Shown: positions 36,408-49,608, counted from the stretch's first letter. The stretch: DNA of 64,000 bases from an uncultured Acidobacteriota bacterium (GCA_963836075.1 CAWIIB010000001.1:1760001-1824000), one strand, 5' to 3'. Numbers and translations are program-made. The notes: a model not told the origin generated them from the sequence alone.

Positions 36408-39392
36408 TCAGGGATTCACCGTGGGGCTGGCGCCGAAACCGGCGCCGTAGACGATGGCGTTCATCAGCACCCGCCCGGTGCCCAGGGAGGCGCCGCGGAA
36501 GGTGGGCGACGAGGCGAAGAGGATCACCTGTCCCCGGCCGGAACGCTCACGGGTCACCCAGGCGGCATTGGCCAGGCGATACGCCGCTTCGGGCCAGAGC
36601 AGGCCGCTCATCCTCAGGCGCAGTTCCTGCCCCGGCGGCAGGGCGGCCCATCCGGTGCGCGGCACGGCCTTGACCGCTTCCTCACCTTCCTTGCCCTCGG
36701 TGTCCTGCTTGCGGCTCTTCGAGCCCTTCCCCTCCGAAGGCCCGTCATTCGCCGGCGAATAGACGCCGAAGCGGACCGGCGCGGCCACGCCGTCGGCGGC
36801 CATCAGCACCGGCAGGTTGCTCACTCCCCGGCCGGCCAGAACAGGCAGTATGTCACCACAGCCCATGGTGAGCCAGTGTTCCGGGTCAACGCGGCTGGCA
36901 AGGAAGGCGCCCCCGGGCATGAACAGCCGCTGCCACTTGTCCTGCTTTTCCAGTTCAGGCAATGGCGGGGCAGGTTTGCCGCCACGAGCGGGCCAGGGGT
37001 AGTCGATGCTCACCGGCGCCGTGTGGGACCAGACCGCGTCCTCAGCCGGCGGCGGATCGTTGCGGCCCTTCCACTCGCGGTAGATAGCCAGTTCGTAACC
37101 GTCCAGCTTCTCCAGGACGTCGGGCAGCTGCCGCACCTGGCTTACACCGGATTCCTCCTTGGCCAGAAGCGCGGCCGAGCCGCCGATGGCGATCAGCGTG
37201 CCGCCGTTCTTGACCCAGCGGGCCAGGCTTTCGGCCAGGCCCTTGGGCAGGTCGGAGTACCGGCTGGCCATCACGATCACGTTGTAACGCCGCAGGTCGC
37301 TGTATCCGGCGCTCTCCTCGTCGAGCTGGGAGTGGCGGATGCCCAGGGTGTGGTCCAGCGCGTGCCAGATGGAGCCGAAGTCGGTGCTGCCGGTGCGGCC
37401 GCGGGTGAGCAAAGCCACCGCCGGCTGGTTGAGCAGCCGGAAGTGCCGCCCGCCCATGTCGGGCAGCTCACCCTGGCCCAGACCGGTGGTCACCGGCTGC
37501 ACGGCCAGTTCAAGCCGTCCGGTGACCTCGCCGACTACCGAGACCAGGTCACCGTCAAAAACCTCGTTGTCGTTGAGGGTCACCAGCACCGACCCGCGGG
37601 TGAACTTCTGTCCGTTAAAGGAGAACGCCTTGTCGGCCACGCGCACTTGCACACCGCGCTCCATCAACCGGGCGGCAGCGGCCACCGAGCGGTCGTCGGC
37701 CCCGTCCACCACCCAGGCGACGGTCTCGTCAGTCCTGCTCACCGCCGCAAGCTCCACCGCTTCCACCCCGGCCAGCGCTTCGGCGGAACCGGGAAGCGGA
37801 CCCGGGACAGCATAGGCCTCCAGGCCGTAGAGCATGGTGATGTTCCAGGCAGTGATGTCATACATCCGGGAGCGACCTTTGAGCAGCAGCTCCTCCCGCT
37901 CGCGGCGCAGGGTCTCCGGTTTCATGCGCGGATCAAAGTCGAGCAGCGCCGCCACCAGGTGCGCCTCGGGCTGCCGCCGGGGGATGAGCAGGCTGCCCGC
38001 CGGAATGACGGCACCGTCCTTCGTCCGCCCCAGCTGGCCCACGGCCCCGTTCACGGTCAACTTCTCACTGGTCCGGTAAACATCCACACCCTGGAGGGCC
38101 ATCAGATCCTCGAAGGCCTTCATCCGGCCCCGGTTGGCGGAGGCCAGCACCGCAAAGTAGCCCTCGGCAAAGGGGCTCTGGCTGCCGGTGACCTTTCTCC
38201 GCTCCTCGAGGAATTCTTCGAGGAGCCGGGTGCCGTTGCGGTGCAGGGTGTTCATGTTGGCCATGGTGCTGGCCACCTGGTGGTGTACCGACTCGCGGTA
38301 GGTCACCAGTTCGCCCGACGGCTTGCGCACGGCGTCCTCGGCGATACGGGGCTGCTCGTAGAGGATGAAGATGGCGCCCCTGAACCCGGCCCAGGACGAG
38401 TAACCGGGGTACCACTCCTCGTTCCACTCGCCATGGTAGTACGGCCAGCCGTAAACGTCGAAGGCCCGGGCCTGGTCGCTGGCAAAGATCGAGGCCCAGT
38501 GCCAGCGCCGCTCGGGGAAGAAGGGGTTCAGCGGTTCCCGGCCCGGAGAGAAGAGGTAGGTGTCCTGGGATCCCATCTCGTGGCCGTCCACCATCAGCAT
38601 CGGCCGCCAGTTTCCCACCGCCTCCAGCCGGCCGCGGGTCTCGGGGTGCACTCCAAGGATCCAGTCGCGGTTGAGGTCGAAGAGGTAGTGGTTGCCCCGG
38701 CCCGAGGGCCAGTAGCCGCGGTGGAGCATCGACTGGCTGTCGAGATTGGGCATGGTGCCGCGGTGCTCGGCGGTCTGCTTGTAAAACCGCTCCCGGCCGT
38801 CGGGATTCTGCAGCGGATCGACGATCACCACCAGATCGTCCAGCAGTGTATCCACGTCGTCGCCGGTGGCCGCCGCCAGGTGATAGATCACGGCCAGGGC
38901 CGCATCGGCGCCGGAAGTTTCATTGCCGTGGATCGAGTAGGCGAACCAGCCCACCGCCGGCAACTCTTCCAGCAGCCGGTCGGCGTCCTCGCCGGACAGC
39001 CCCCGGGGGTCGGCCAGTTGGGCCATGCCATCCCTGATCTCATCCAGCCGGGCCATGTTCCGCTCGGAGGTGAGGATGACGTAGTGCAGCGGCCGGCCCT
39101 CGTGGCTCCGCGCGTATTCCACCAGCTTCGCCCGGGGGCTGGCCTCGGCCCAGACACGGAGACAACGCTCGATGGAGGCCGGGTCGGGGAAACGATCGCC
39201 GATGCGATGGCCCAGGACCTCTTCCGGCGTGGGGATCGCGGGATCGTACGTCGCCCCGGGAAAAAATTCGGCATCGTAGACCAGGCCGGGTACTTCGGTG
39301 GGCGGCGGAACAACGACTTCATCGCCCGGAACCGCCGGGACGGCAGACCAGCCGAAAACCAGAATGATGGTGAGCAGAAGACGGATCTTCAT
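36408..39392 (-). CDS. M14 zinc carboxypeptidase-family exported protein
   Basis: Signal peptide, YSIHGNE, QNPDGRER, DLNRDW, DGHEMG. C-terminal GATase-like domain (WVKNGGTLIAIG). Confidence 0.9.
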   Translation of the reverse strand: MKIRLLLTIILVFGWSAVPAVPGDEVVVPPPTEVPGLVYDAEFFPGATYDPAIPTPEEVLGHRIGDRFPDPASIERCLRVWAEASPRAKLVEYARSHEGRPLHYVILTSERNMARLDEIRDGMAQLADPRGLSGEDADRLLEELPAVGWFAYSIHGNETSGADAALAVIYHLAAATGDDVDTLLDDLVVIVDPLQNPDGRERFYKQTAEHRGTMPNLDSQSMLHRGYWPSGRGNHYLFDLNRDWILGVHPETRGRLEAVGNWRPMLMVDGHEMGSQDTYLFSPGREPLNPFFPERRWHWASIFASDQARAFDVYGWPYYHGEWNEEWYPGYSSWAGFRGAIFILYEQPRIAEDAVRKPSGELVTYRESVHHQVASTMANMNTLHRNGTRLLEEFLEERRKVTGSQSPFAEGYFAVLASANRGRMKAFEDLMALQGVDVYRTSEKLTVNGAVGQLGRTKDGAVIPAGSLLIPRRQPEAHLVAALLDFDPRMKPETLRREREELLLKGRSRMYDITAWNITMLYGLEAYAVPGPLPGSAEALAGVEAVELAAVSRTDETVAWVVDGADDRSVAAAARLMERGVQVRVADKAFSFNGQKFTRGSVLVTLNDNEVFDGDLVSVVGEVTGRLELAVQPVTTGLGQGELPDMGGRHFRLLNQPAVALLTRGRTGSTDFGSIWHALDHTLGIRHSQLDEESAGYSDLRRYNVIVMASRYSDLPKGLAESLARWVKNGGTLIAIGGSAALLAKEESGVSQVRQLPDVLEKLDGYELAIYREWKGRNDPPPAEDAVWSHTAPVSIDYPWPARGGKPAPPLPELEKQDKWQRLFMPGGAFLASRVDPEHWLTMGCGDILPVLAGRGVSNLPVLMAADGVAAPVRFGVYSPANDGPSEGKGSKSRKQDTEGKEGEEAVKAVPRTGWAALPPGQELRLRMSGLLWPEAAYRLANAAWVTRERSGRGQVILFASSPTFRGASLGTGRVLMNAIVYGAGFGASPTVNP

Positions 39393-39500
39393 CGGAAGCC
39401 CTCCGGGAACTTATTTGTTGTGCGATGAAAGCGCGGCCCTGTCCGGGCCGCCGCATGTACTCCTAGAATAGGCCGATGAGGCGGGAAAGTCCAATGGGGA

Positions 39501-40954
39501 TCAGATCTTCCTCGTCTTCCACGTCCCCCGGCGAAAGACCAGGATACCCACCACGGCGATGAGCGATTCGGCCGCGGTGATGGCGATGAAGACGCCGCTG
39601 GCGCCGAGGGCGGTCCAGCTGGCCAGCGCAAAGGCCAGCGGGATCTGGAACAGCCAGTAGCAGAAGAAGTTGATCACCGTGGGCGTGGTGGTGTCGCCGG
39701 CGCCGTTGAAGGCCTGCACCATCACCATGCCATAGGCGTAGAACCCGTAGCCGTAACTGATGAAGCGCAGGCAGTCGATGCCGAAGGCCACAACCTCCGG
39801 GTCGTCGCTGAACAGGCGGATCACCGGTTCGGCAAAAACGATGAAAATAACGGCCAGCCCCACCAGGAAGAGCATGTTGTAGAGCGCGGCCCGCCAGACC
39901 GATGTCTCAGCCCGCTGCGGCTGCCCCGCCCCGAGGTTCTGGCCCACCAGGGTGGCCGCGGCGTTGGCCAGGCCCCAGGCAGGCATGATGGCGAAGATGA
40001 TGACGCGGATGGCGATGGTGTAGCCGGCCACCGCACCGGAGCCGAAGCGCCCGATGATCCAGACCAGGCAGACCCAGCTGGAGGTGCCGATGAGGAACTG
40101 CAGCACGCCGCCCACCGAGATACGGATCAGTCGCAGCATCACCCGCGGCCGCAGTTTCAGCACCCGGGCGGTGAAGCGGACCCGTGTCTTGCCGCGGAAG
40201 AGGATCCAGAGCTGGAGTAGGACCCCGGTGCCCCGGCCGATGGTGGTGGCCACCGCCGCGCCGGTGACCCCCAGCTCGGGGAAGGGCCCCAGGCCAAAAA
40301 TCAGGCAGGGGTCGAGGACGATGTTGATCCCGTTGGCCAGCCAGAGCACCCGCATGGCGGTGGCCGCATCCCCGGCGCCGCGGAAAACCGCGTTGATCAG
40401 GAAGAGCAGCATGATGGTGGTGCTGCCGCCCAGCAGCACCGCGGTGTAGCCCGACCCGGCGGCCACCAGCTCCGGCGTCCCGCCCATCAGCCCCAGCAGC
40501 TGCCGGGCAAAGACGGCCCCGGGTACGGCGATGAGCAGCGAGACGAAGATCCCCAGGGCCACCGCCTGCACCGCGGCCACCGTGGCCCCGTTCTCGTCCT
40601 GCTCGCCGATGCGGCGGGCCACCATGGCGGTGGTGGCCATGCTCAACCCCACGGCCACGGCAAAGACCAGGGTGATGATCGCCTCGGTGAACCCCACCGT
40701 GGCCACGGCGTCGACTCCCAGGCGGGAGACGAAGAAGGCGTCGGTGACGGCGAAGACCGACTCCAGCACCATCTCCAGAACCATGGGGACGGCGAGGAGG
40801 AAGACGGCCCGGCCGATGGAGCCGCTGGTGAAGTTCTGCTCGGTGCCGGCCAGGGCCAGGCGCACGGTGGCCCAGACCCCGCGGCGGTGAACGATAATCG
40901 GGGGGATGGGGGAATCGTCCCCGGCCTGGTCCTGCGACGGTTCCTGGTTCATGG

Positions 40955-40958
<4 letters not shown>
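39501..40958 (-). CDS. MATE family efflux transporter
   Basis: LAVPMVLEM, FRGAGDA, NIVLDPCLIFG..ELGVTGAAVAT, AAATLVGQNLGAG. About 12 TM segments. Confidence 0.93.
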
Positions 40959-43116
<2,158 letters not shown>

Positions 43117-43205
43117 GGTGGGAGATTCTAGTTGTTTGCGGTGGGTCTGGCCAGCCCTTTCTCAAGATGCTCGCCGTCAGCCAGCCGAAGGGAGGCGTGG
43201 CACTG

Positions 43206-44267
43206 TCAGGCCGTTCCCAGCGCCCGGGACACCAGCGCCAGTCCCTCTTCCAGCCGCTGGCCGGCATCGAGCCAGCTGACCCGGAGGGTGCCCGGGGATT
43301 CGAACAGGGTGCCGGGGACCAGCAGCAGACCATGCTCGTCGCAGAGGCGTTCGGCCAGGGCCATGTCGTCCACCCCGCCGGGCAACCCGACACAGGCGAA
43401 GCCGGGGCCTTGCGAACGGTGCCAGGAGAGGTTTTTATCCGCCTCGACCCAGGACTGCACCGTGTCGATGCCGTCCCGGGCCTGCGCGCGGGCGGCGTCC
43501 CGGCGCTGGTCGGCCTGCTCCATGAAGGCCAGGCCGGCCATGGCGCAGGGCGCGGCGGCCATACCCATGTTGAGGTGGCCCCAGCGGATCCGTTCCACCA
43601 GGTCGGCGCGGGCCGAGATCCAGCCCAGGCGGGCCCAGTAGGAGCCGAACAGCTTGGAGAGGCTGGAGACCACCACCACGTTGTCCGCCAGGCCGTGGAA
43701 CGAGTCGGTATGGCCGAAGCCGCGGTAGACCTCGTTGATCACCAGCAGCGCGCCCCGGTCCGCCGCCATGGCGGCCAGGGCCAGCACGTCCTCGCGCTTG
43801 GACACCACGCCGCTGGGGTTGTGCGGCTCGGTGATCATCACCAGGCCGGTCTGTGGGGTGATCAGCGCTTCGGCGTCGCCCAGCGGCAGCTGCCAGCCGT
43901 GGTCAAAACGGCGGACCAGCCGCTGCACCGGGCCCAGACGCTCGGCCTGGCGCAGCATCGGCTCGTAGACCGGCTGTTCGATCACCAGCCGGTCGCCGGG
44001 ACCGGTGGTGCAGAGCAGGCCCAGCAGGCTGCCCGCGGTGGCCCCCGGCGAGAAGACCAGTTCCTCCGGCGGGATCCCCAGCCAGCCGGCCAGGGCGGCC
44101 TCGAAGCTGGTGGCCGCCTCGTAGGGGTTGCCGTCATAGCCGATGTCCAGCTGGGCCGGGAAGACCGCGGCCACGCCGCTGGAATGGAGGTTGATCGCCC
44201 GCTCGTGCTGCCTGAGGCGGGGAAGATACCAGGAGAGATAGTCGCTGCGGCAGAAGTGGTCGGTCAT
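43206..44267 (-). CDS. PLP-dependent aminotransferase class I/II
   Basis: EQPVYEP, PHNPSG, NEVY, SSLSK (PLP lysine), RLGW. Confidence 0.88.
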   Translation of the reverse strand: MTDHFCRSDYLSWYLPRLRQHERAINLHSSGVAAVFPAQLDIGYDGNPYEAATSFEAALAGWLGIPPEELVFSPGATAGSLLGLLCTTGPGDRLVIEQPVYEPMLRQAERLGPVQRLVRRFDHGWQLPLGDAEALITPQTGLVMITEPHNPSGVVSKREDVLALAAMAADRGALLVINEVYRGFGHTDSFHGLADNVVVVSSLSKLFGSYWARLGWISARADLVERIRWGHLNMGMAAAPCAMAGLAFMEQADQRRDAARAQARDGIDTVQSWVEADKNLSWHRSQGPGFACVGLPGGVDDMALAERLCDEHGLLLVPGTLFESPGTLRVSWLDAGQRLEEGLALVSRALGTA

Positions 44268-44365
44268 GGAACCTCTGGAATGGAATGATGTCATCGATCT
44301 GAACTCGAAGAAATAATAGCAGAGCCGGGAACCCGGGAACAGGCGAGGAATATCCGCCTCCCGGT

Positions 44366-45190
44366 TCAGGCGGGCCCGGCCAGTTTGACGGTGGCCACGA
44401 GTTTCCGCGGCTTACCGCCTGGGAGACCCACGCCGCCGCCCATACCGCTGTCCGGACCGCCACCCCTTTTGCCCGAGTTGCCGCGGGAATTTCTCAGGGC
44501 AATCATCTGCTGCCGGACCTCCGAGGTCATCTTCCCGCTTTGCAGTACCAGCCGGACCTTCTGTCCACCAACGCCCCGCTCCAGGGCCGCACCGCCGAAC
44601 AGGGCGTCCAGCGGGAGCCGGAACTCGTAGCAGTAGACATCCCCCTCGATGTCGGATCCGGCGGCCGGGCCGTCGGGGAGGCTTTCGGACATGGTGCGCA
44701 CGCGGCCGCCCTGTTCCACCACGATCCTCCCCGGCACCGGGAGGCCCGAGCCCTCGCCGGTCTCGAAGGGCAGCGGCATGCGACCGCCCCCGGGGCCCCC
44801 GCCGGCCCGCGTCAGATTGTCGGAGAGGGCCACGCTGCCGTGGTAGCGGATCTCCAGGTCCGAACCGCCCGCGCCGGCAGCCTGAACCACCAGCCCCAGC
44901 ACCCGCAGCCGCCGGGCCAGCTGCAGGTCACTGCTGCGGGCAATCAGGTAGAGATAGCCCTCGTCGTTGGCCACCCCCACCACCAGGCCGTCCATCTCAT
45001 CCACCTGGTGAACGGGGATCTTTTCCCAGTCGCTCCAGGCGCCGTCGATGACCATGGCGGCGGGCGGGCGGCGGGACTGCAGTTCGTCCTTGCCGCAGGA
45101 CGTGAGCACCAGCAGCTCCGCGCCCAGGCTGAGCAGGAGAAGAGTGGTGAGCAGCAGGGCTGCCGGCCGGCGGAATCGGTCCTTCTTCAC
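44366..45190 (-). CDS. Putative lipoprotein of unknown function with Gly-rich segments
   Basis: AGGAGG RBS and GTG start, hydrophobic leader ending LTSC, IDGAWSDW and VGVANDEGYLYL motifs. Confidence 0.65.
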   Translation of the reverse strand: MKKDRFRRPAALLLTTLLLLSLGAELLVLTSCGKDELQSRRPPAAMVIDGAWSDWEKIPVHQVDEMDGLVVGVANDEGYLYLIARSSDLQLARRLRVLGLVVQAAGAGGSDLEIRYHGSVALSDNLTRAGGGPGGGRMPLPFETGEGSGLPVPGRIVVEQGGRVRTMSESLPDGPAAGSDIEGDVYCYEFRLPLDALFGGAALERGVGGQKVRLVLQSGKMTSEVRQQMIALRNSRGNSGKRGGGPDSGMGGGVGLPGGKPRKLVATVKLAGPA

Positions 45191-45381
45191 CTCGTACCTC
45201 CTTTTGGCACGCCCCGGCGGGGCAGGACGTCCACCCCCACCTCTCCTTCCGATGACACGCAGCCATTACCCTGACAGACACCGCTGTTCAGATCAAGTTG
45301 TTGGGTGGGATGTCTACCCGGCCGGCGGCAGCCCCTCCTGGCGCCAGCCGGCCGGGATCTGGAATCCGGTGGGGGAGAAGG

Positions 45382-46260
45382 TCAGTTCCGGTGAAGCTGC
45401 TCCAGCTTTTCCCGTTGCTCGGGCGTCAGCAACTCTTCGATCTGGCTCCGGGTCTGCTTCTGCTGCTGCTCGTCGATCTCGGTCATCAGCTCGCGGACCG
45501 CGGTGCGCTGCTCCGCGGTGAGGTTCAGCTGCCGCGCCAGCTGTGGGCCCAGGCCCGGATCATCACCGGCCGGCCCGCGGCCGTGGGGGCTCCGCCCCTG
45601 GCGGCCCTGGTTCATCCCCCGTCCCTGGTCAGGCGTGGTGCCCTGGCGCCGCAACTGCTGCTGGTCCATCTTCTGCTGCTGCTCGGGGGTCAGCACCTCC
45701 CGGATGCGGTCCCGGATTTCGGACCGCTGGGGCGGCGCGGACTCCTCGAGGATCAGGCGGATCTGCTCCTGCTGTTCGGGGGTCAGGTCGAGGTTTTCGG
45801 TCATCTGCTCCAGGCGGCGGGCAGCCATATCGCCCCGGTCACCGCCCTTCTGGCTCTGGCCGCCCTTGCGCCCCTTGCGCCCGGCCCGGTCCGGCCGCTC
45901 CATGTCGCCGGGGGCGCCCTCACGGGCCTTGATCTCCTCCAACCGGGCCAACTGCTCGGGGGTCAGGATGTCGGCCAGCGCGGCCTCCTTCCGCAAGCGG
46001 GTGGCCTCCCGTGCGGCGTCCATGATCTCACGCATGGCGTCACGCTGCTGGTCGGTGAGGTCGAGGGCCTCGGCCATGCGGTCCGGCCGGTGGTGCGGGC
46101 CTGCCATACCGCGGGGGCCGTGGGGGCCATCGGCCGTGCAGCTCGCCGGATCGCCGGTGCGCGGGCAGACCGGTTGTTCATCGCCGGCGGTCCAGGCCAT
46201 ACCGGTGAGCGCCACCAGCGTCACCAGCAGGATAAGTATCAGTGTTCCATTCAGTTTCAT
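45382..46260 (-). CDS. Spy/CpxP-family (LTxxQ) periplasmic protein with three tandem units
   Basis: Signal peptide, six LT[DPA][EQ]Q motifs, divergent from the cpxRA-like genes. Confidence 0.8.
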   Translation of the reverse strand: MKLNGTLILILLVTLVALTGMAWTAGDEQPVCPRTGDPASCTADGPHGPRGMAGPHHRPDRMAEALDLTDQQRDAMREIMDAAREATRLRKEAALADILTPEQLARLEEIKAREGAPGDMERPDRAGRKGRKGGQSQKGGDRGDMAARRLEQMTENLDLTPEQQEQIRLILEESAPPQRSEIRDRIREVLTPEQQQKMDQQQLRRQGTTPDQGRGMNQGRQGRSPHGRGPAGDDPGLGPQLARQLNLTAEQRTAVRELMTEIDEQQQKQTRSQIEELLTPEQREKLEQLHRN

Positions 46261-46369
46261 CTGCGATCCCCTCCTCTTGCTGAACATCATGTTTTGCAGG
46301 TCAGTTCCGGTTATGTTTTCTGCTTCACCCATTGGACAATCGGCGGTCCAAAAGTATTAACTGCCGCTG

Positions 46370-46427
46370 ATAAAGTACATCAAAAAAGCATTAAGAAATA
46401 TCAAGCGGCGGTAAAGTTCTATTAACG
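46370..46427 (+). promoter_or_regulatory. Phased direct repeats, candidate CpxR/OmpR-family binding boxes
   Basis: ATAAAG, TCAAAA, TTAAGA, TCAAGC, GTAAAG and TTAACG starting at 46370, 46380, 46391, 46401, 46411 and 46422 (10-11 bp period). Confidence 0.5.
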
Positions 46428-46523
46428 CTTGAAAATAAAGAACTTTCATGCGATATACTGGGGAACATCATCCCGCCCGGTTTCGTTTCAGGGGGTGGGG
46501 CAGGCAAAGGGAAGGAGCGCGGA

Positions 46524-47234
46524 ATGTCCAGGATCTTGATCATCGATGACGACATCGAACTGTGCGGCCTGGTGAGCGAATACCTGGAGCGGGAGGGTTT
46601 TTCCGTGGAAGCGGTCCAGGACGGCGTCAGCGGTGTCCAGCGGGCCGTCTCCGGCGAGTTTGCCCTGGCCGTGCTCGACGTGATGATGCCCGGGCTGAAC
46701 GGGTTCGAAACCCTGAAGCAGATCCGGGCCCGGACATCATTGCCGGTTATCATGCTCACCGCCCGGGGGGAGGAGATCGACCGGATCGTGGGACTGGAGA
46801 TCGGCGCCGACGACTACATGCCCAAACCGTTCAACCCCCGGGAGCTCGCCGCCCGGCTGCGGGCCGTGCTGCGCCGGACCGGGGACGTGGTCACCGAAGG
46901 CGCGGGCCAGGCCCAGACCCTCCGCGTGGGAGACATCGAACTGGATCCGGGCGCCCGGGCCGTGCGGCGCTCGGGCAGCGAGATCACCCTCACCGGCGTG
47001 GAGTTCAGCCTGCTGGAGATGCTGCTGCGGAACCACGGGCAGGTGGCCGGCCGGGACGAGCTGTCCCGTGAGGTGCTGAAGAAGCGGCCCAGTCCCTTTG
47101 ACCGCAGCCTCGACGTCCACGTGAGCAACCTGCGAAAGAAGCTGGGTCCGATGCCCGACGGGAGCGAGCGGATCAAAACCGTGCGCGGCCAGGGATACCT
47201 TTACGTCAACCCGACCGTGGCCAACGGACAGTGA
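46524..47234 (+). CDS. cpxR: OmpR-family response regulator, CpxR-like
   Basis: ILIIDDD, LDVMMP, GADDYMPKPFNPREL, FDRSLDVHVSNLRKKL, IKTVRGQGYLY. Confidence 0.88.
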   Translation: MSRILIIDDDIELCGLVSEYLEREGFSVEAVQDGVSGVQRAVSGEFALAVLDVMMPGLNGFETLKQIRARTSLPVIMLTARGEEIDRIVGLEIGADDYMPKPFNPRELAARLRAVLRRTGDVVTEGAGQAQTLRVGDIELDPGARAVRRSGSEITLTGVEFSLLEMLLRNHGQVAGRDELSREVLKKRPSPFDRSLDVHVSNLRKKLGPMPDGSERIKTVRGQGYLYVNPTVANGQ

Positions 47235-47264
47235 CACCCGCCGCTGGCGGGTGGGGATCTGCGG

Positions 47265-48653
47265 ATGCGAACACTCTTTTTACGGATCTTTGTCTGGTTC
47301 TGGGTGGCCAGCGCCGTACTGGTGGCCCTCACCGTCACCACCTCGCCCTACTGGACCCGCCCGCGGGCCGACGCCCCGCGCCAGCGGTCGCTGGAGGAGA
47401 GCATGCTGCTCCACAGCGAAGCGGTGGAGGCGATCCTGCGCCGCGACGGGCTGCAGGGGCTGGGCAAACGCCTGGACAACCTGGGCCGCCGCAACCGGCT
47501 GCGCATCCTGCTCTTTGACCAGCAGGGGCGGGAGATCAACGGCCGGCGCCATCCCCCGGGGCTGGACCCGCTGATCCGGCAGACACTGGAGGGACGGGAA
47601 CCGGGTATCCTGCGTGAACGGGAAGCCATGATCCACGCCCGGCTGGTGACCGACAACGAGGGGAACCGCTACGCCGCCCTGGTGATGTTCCGCCGGCCCG
47701 ACTTCGGCCACACCCCGCTGGAGCCGGGCACGCTGATCCCGCGCCTGCTGCTGATGCTGGTGGTGGTGGGCGGAGTCTGCTACCTGCTGGCCCGCCAGCT
47801 CACCTCACCGGTGAGCCGGCTGCGCACCGCCGCCCGGAAACTGACCCGGGGCGACCTCACGGCACGGGTGGGCGGAACGGTGAGCCGGCGACGCGACGAG
47901 CTCGGCGACCTGGCCCGCGACTTCGATTCCATGGCCGAACGGATCGAGGCGCTGATCGGCTCCCAGCAGCGGCTGCTGCGGGATATCTCCCACGAACTCC
48001 GCACGCCGCTGACCCGTCTGGGGGTGGCGCTGGAGCTGGCCCGCCAGGGCTCCGACGGGGAGGCCGGCACCCAGCTGGACCGCATCGAGCGGGAGAGCGA
48101 GCGGCTGAACCAGCTGATCAGCCAGCTGCTCACGGTGAGCCGTCTGGAAACCTGGTCTGAAACCCTCGAGCGCCGGGAGCTGGACATGAACGCGTTGCTG
48201 CAGGGTATCGTCGCCGACGCCTCCTTCGAGGCCGAGGCCCGGGGGTGCCGGGTGCTGCTGGAGGCCGAAGGCGGCTGCCTGATTGCAGGTGACGCCGACA
48301 TGCTGCGCAGCGCGGTGGAAAACGTGGTGCGTAATGCACTGCTCCACTCGGCGGACGGGAGCACGGTGGAAGTGGCCATGGAGAGAACATCGGGGGATGA
48401 CCCCGGGCTGCGGGTCACTGTTCGCGACCACGGCCCGGGCGTGGAGGAGGAGCAACTGGAGAGCCTGTTCCGCCCCTTCTTCCGCACCACCGAAGCCCGT
48501 GACCGGCTCAGCGGGGGCAGCGGCCTCGGCCTGGCCATCAGTTCCAGCGCCATCAGGGCCCACGGGGGCGATATCCGTGCCGAAAACGCCCCGGGCGGCG
48601 GCCTGCTGGTGAAGATCCACCTGCCGCTGCAGAAGACCATTCAATCCGAATAA
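47265..48653 (+). CDS. cpxA: Sensor histidine kinase, CpxA-like
   Basis: Two TM segments, HAMP domain, DISHELRTPL H-box, ENVVRNA, DHGPG, GGSGLGLAI. Confidence 0.9.
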   Translation: MRTLFLRIFVWFWVASAVLVALTVTTSPYWTRPRADAPRQRSLEESMLLHSEAVEAILRRDGLQGLGKRLDNLGRRNRLRILLFDQQGREINGRRHPPGLDPLIRQTLEGREPGILREREAMIHARLVTDNEGNRYAALVMFRRPDFGHTPLEPGTLIPRLLLMLVVVGGVCYLLARQLTSPVSRLRTAARKLTRGDLTARVGGTVSRRRDELGDLARDFDSMAERIEALIGSQQRLLRDISHELRTPLTRLGVALELARQGSDGEAGTQLDRIERESERLNQLISQLLTVSRLETWSETLERRELDMNALLQGIVADASFEAEARGCRVLLEAEGGCLIAGDADMLRSAVENVVRNALLHSADGSTVEVAMERTSGDDPGLRVTVRDHGPGVEEEQLESLFRPFFRTTEARDRLSGGSGLGLAISSSAIRAHGGDIRAENAPGGGLLVKIHLPLQKTIQSE

Positions 48654-48654
48654 T

Positions 48655-49218
48655 TCAGAGAAGGTCGCCGATGCGGCGCTCCAGCTCCGTGCGGTAGGTG
48701 CGGCTCAGCTTGAGCGTCTGGCCGTTCTCCAGCACCACCTCGTATTCCCCCCGGCAGGCCGGCTTCATCTCCACGATCCGGTCGAGGTTGACGATGGTGG
48801 AGCGGTGGATCCGGACAAAACGGGTCGGGTCCAGCTGTCCTTCCACTCCGGTCATGGTCTCGCGCATCAGGTGGGTCGCTTCACCGACGTGAAGACAGAC
48901 GTAGTTGCCCTCGGCCCCGATCCAGTCGATGCTTTCCACCACCACCAGCAGGATCCGGCCGGGGGACCGGACCAGCAACCGCGTCTGGACCTGCCCGGAA
49001 GGGGTACGGTCGGCCAGGGCGGAACGCAGGAACTCAGGGTCGATGCTCCCGCCGGCCTCGCCCCTGGAGCGGGCCTCGGTGAGCGCGCCGATCAACTGGT
49101 CCCGCTGGTCGGGGCCGGCGAGGGAATCGAACAGGCGGGTGTCGAGAGCAAATACCTCGTATCCGCCATCGGTGCTGATGTAAATGACCGGGGGTTGACT
49201 GTCAGGGCTGGTGGTCAT
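48655..49218 (-). CDS. LytTR DNA-binding protein with a truncated, degenerate receiver remnant
   Basis: IDWIGAEGNYVCLH, FVRIHRSTIVNL, LKLSRTYR. The N-terminus matches only the last part of a REC domain. Confidence 0.8.
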   Translation of the reverse strand: MTTSPDSQPPVIYISTDGGYEVFALDTRLFDSLAGPDQRDQLIGALTEARSRGEAGGSIDPEFLRSALADRTPSGQVQTRLLVRSPGRILLVVVESIDWIGAEGNYVCLHVGEATHLMRETMTGVEGQLDPTRFVRIHRSTIVNLDRIVEMKPACRGEYEVVLENGQTLKLSRTYRTELERRIGDLL

Positions 49219-49608
49219 GGGGACGGCAGACCTCCGGGCTTCGTATGAACAGCACAGGTGCGCCAACCGGACAGATACAGCGCGGCACTCTTGTTCCACA
49301 CCCCCAACCGCCCCGCGGATGGTTCCTGTCTGAAAGATACCACAGGAACATACGGCCCGCCGGCGCATCCACCATTGTTAACGCAAAACGTCAACTAAAG
49401 TTCCTTTCCCGGGTCCCGGAAATATTTTTGAACAAAAACGTCTGCGTGATGAAATATTTTGGCGTGTCAAACGTTATACAAGTGTAAAATTGATGGAAAC
49501 ACTCTCGGAACAACTAACGTAAAAAAGGGTGCGGGTGGTCAGTCCTGACACTCCGAGTTGGATTTCGGAAGACCCGCTCGAAATACCCCGATCAGATGGA
49601 GCAGACAC

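Noticed and set aside
36876-39428. 850-aa plus-strand ORF
   Set aside because: Antisense shadow of the M14 peptidase.
49380-49525. Four AACGT pentamers between the LytTR and ABC genes as LytTR boxes
   Set aside because: The spacing is irregular and does not fit the usual paired LytTR repeat geometry.
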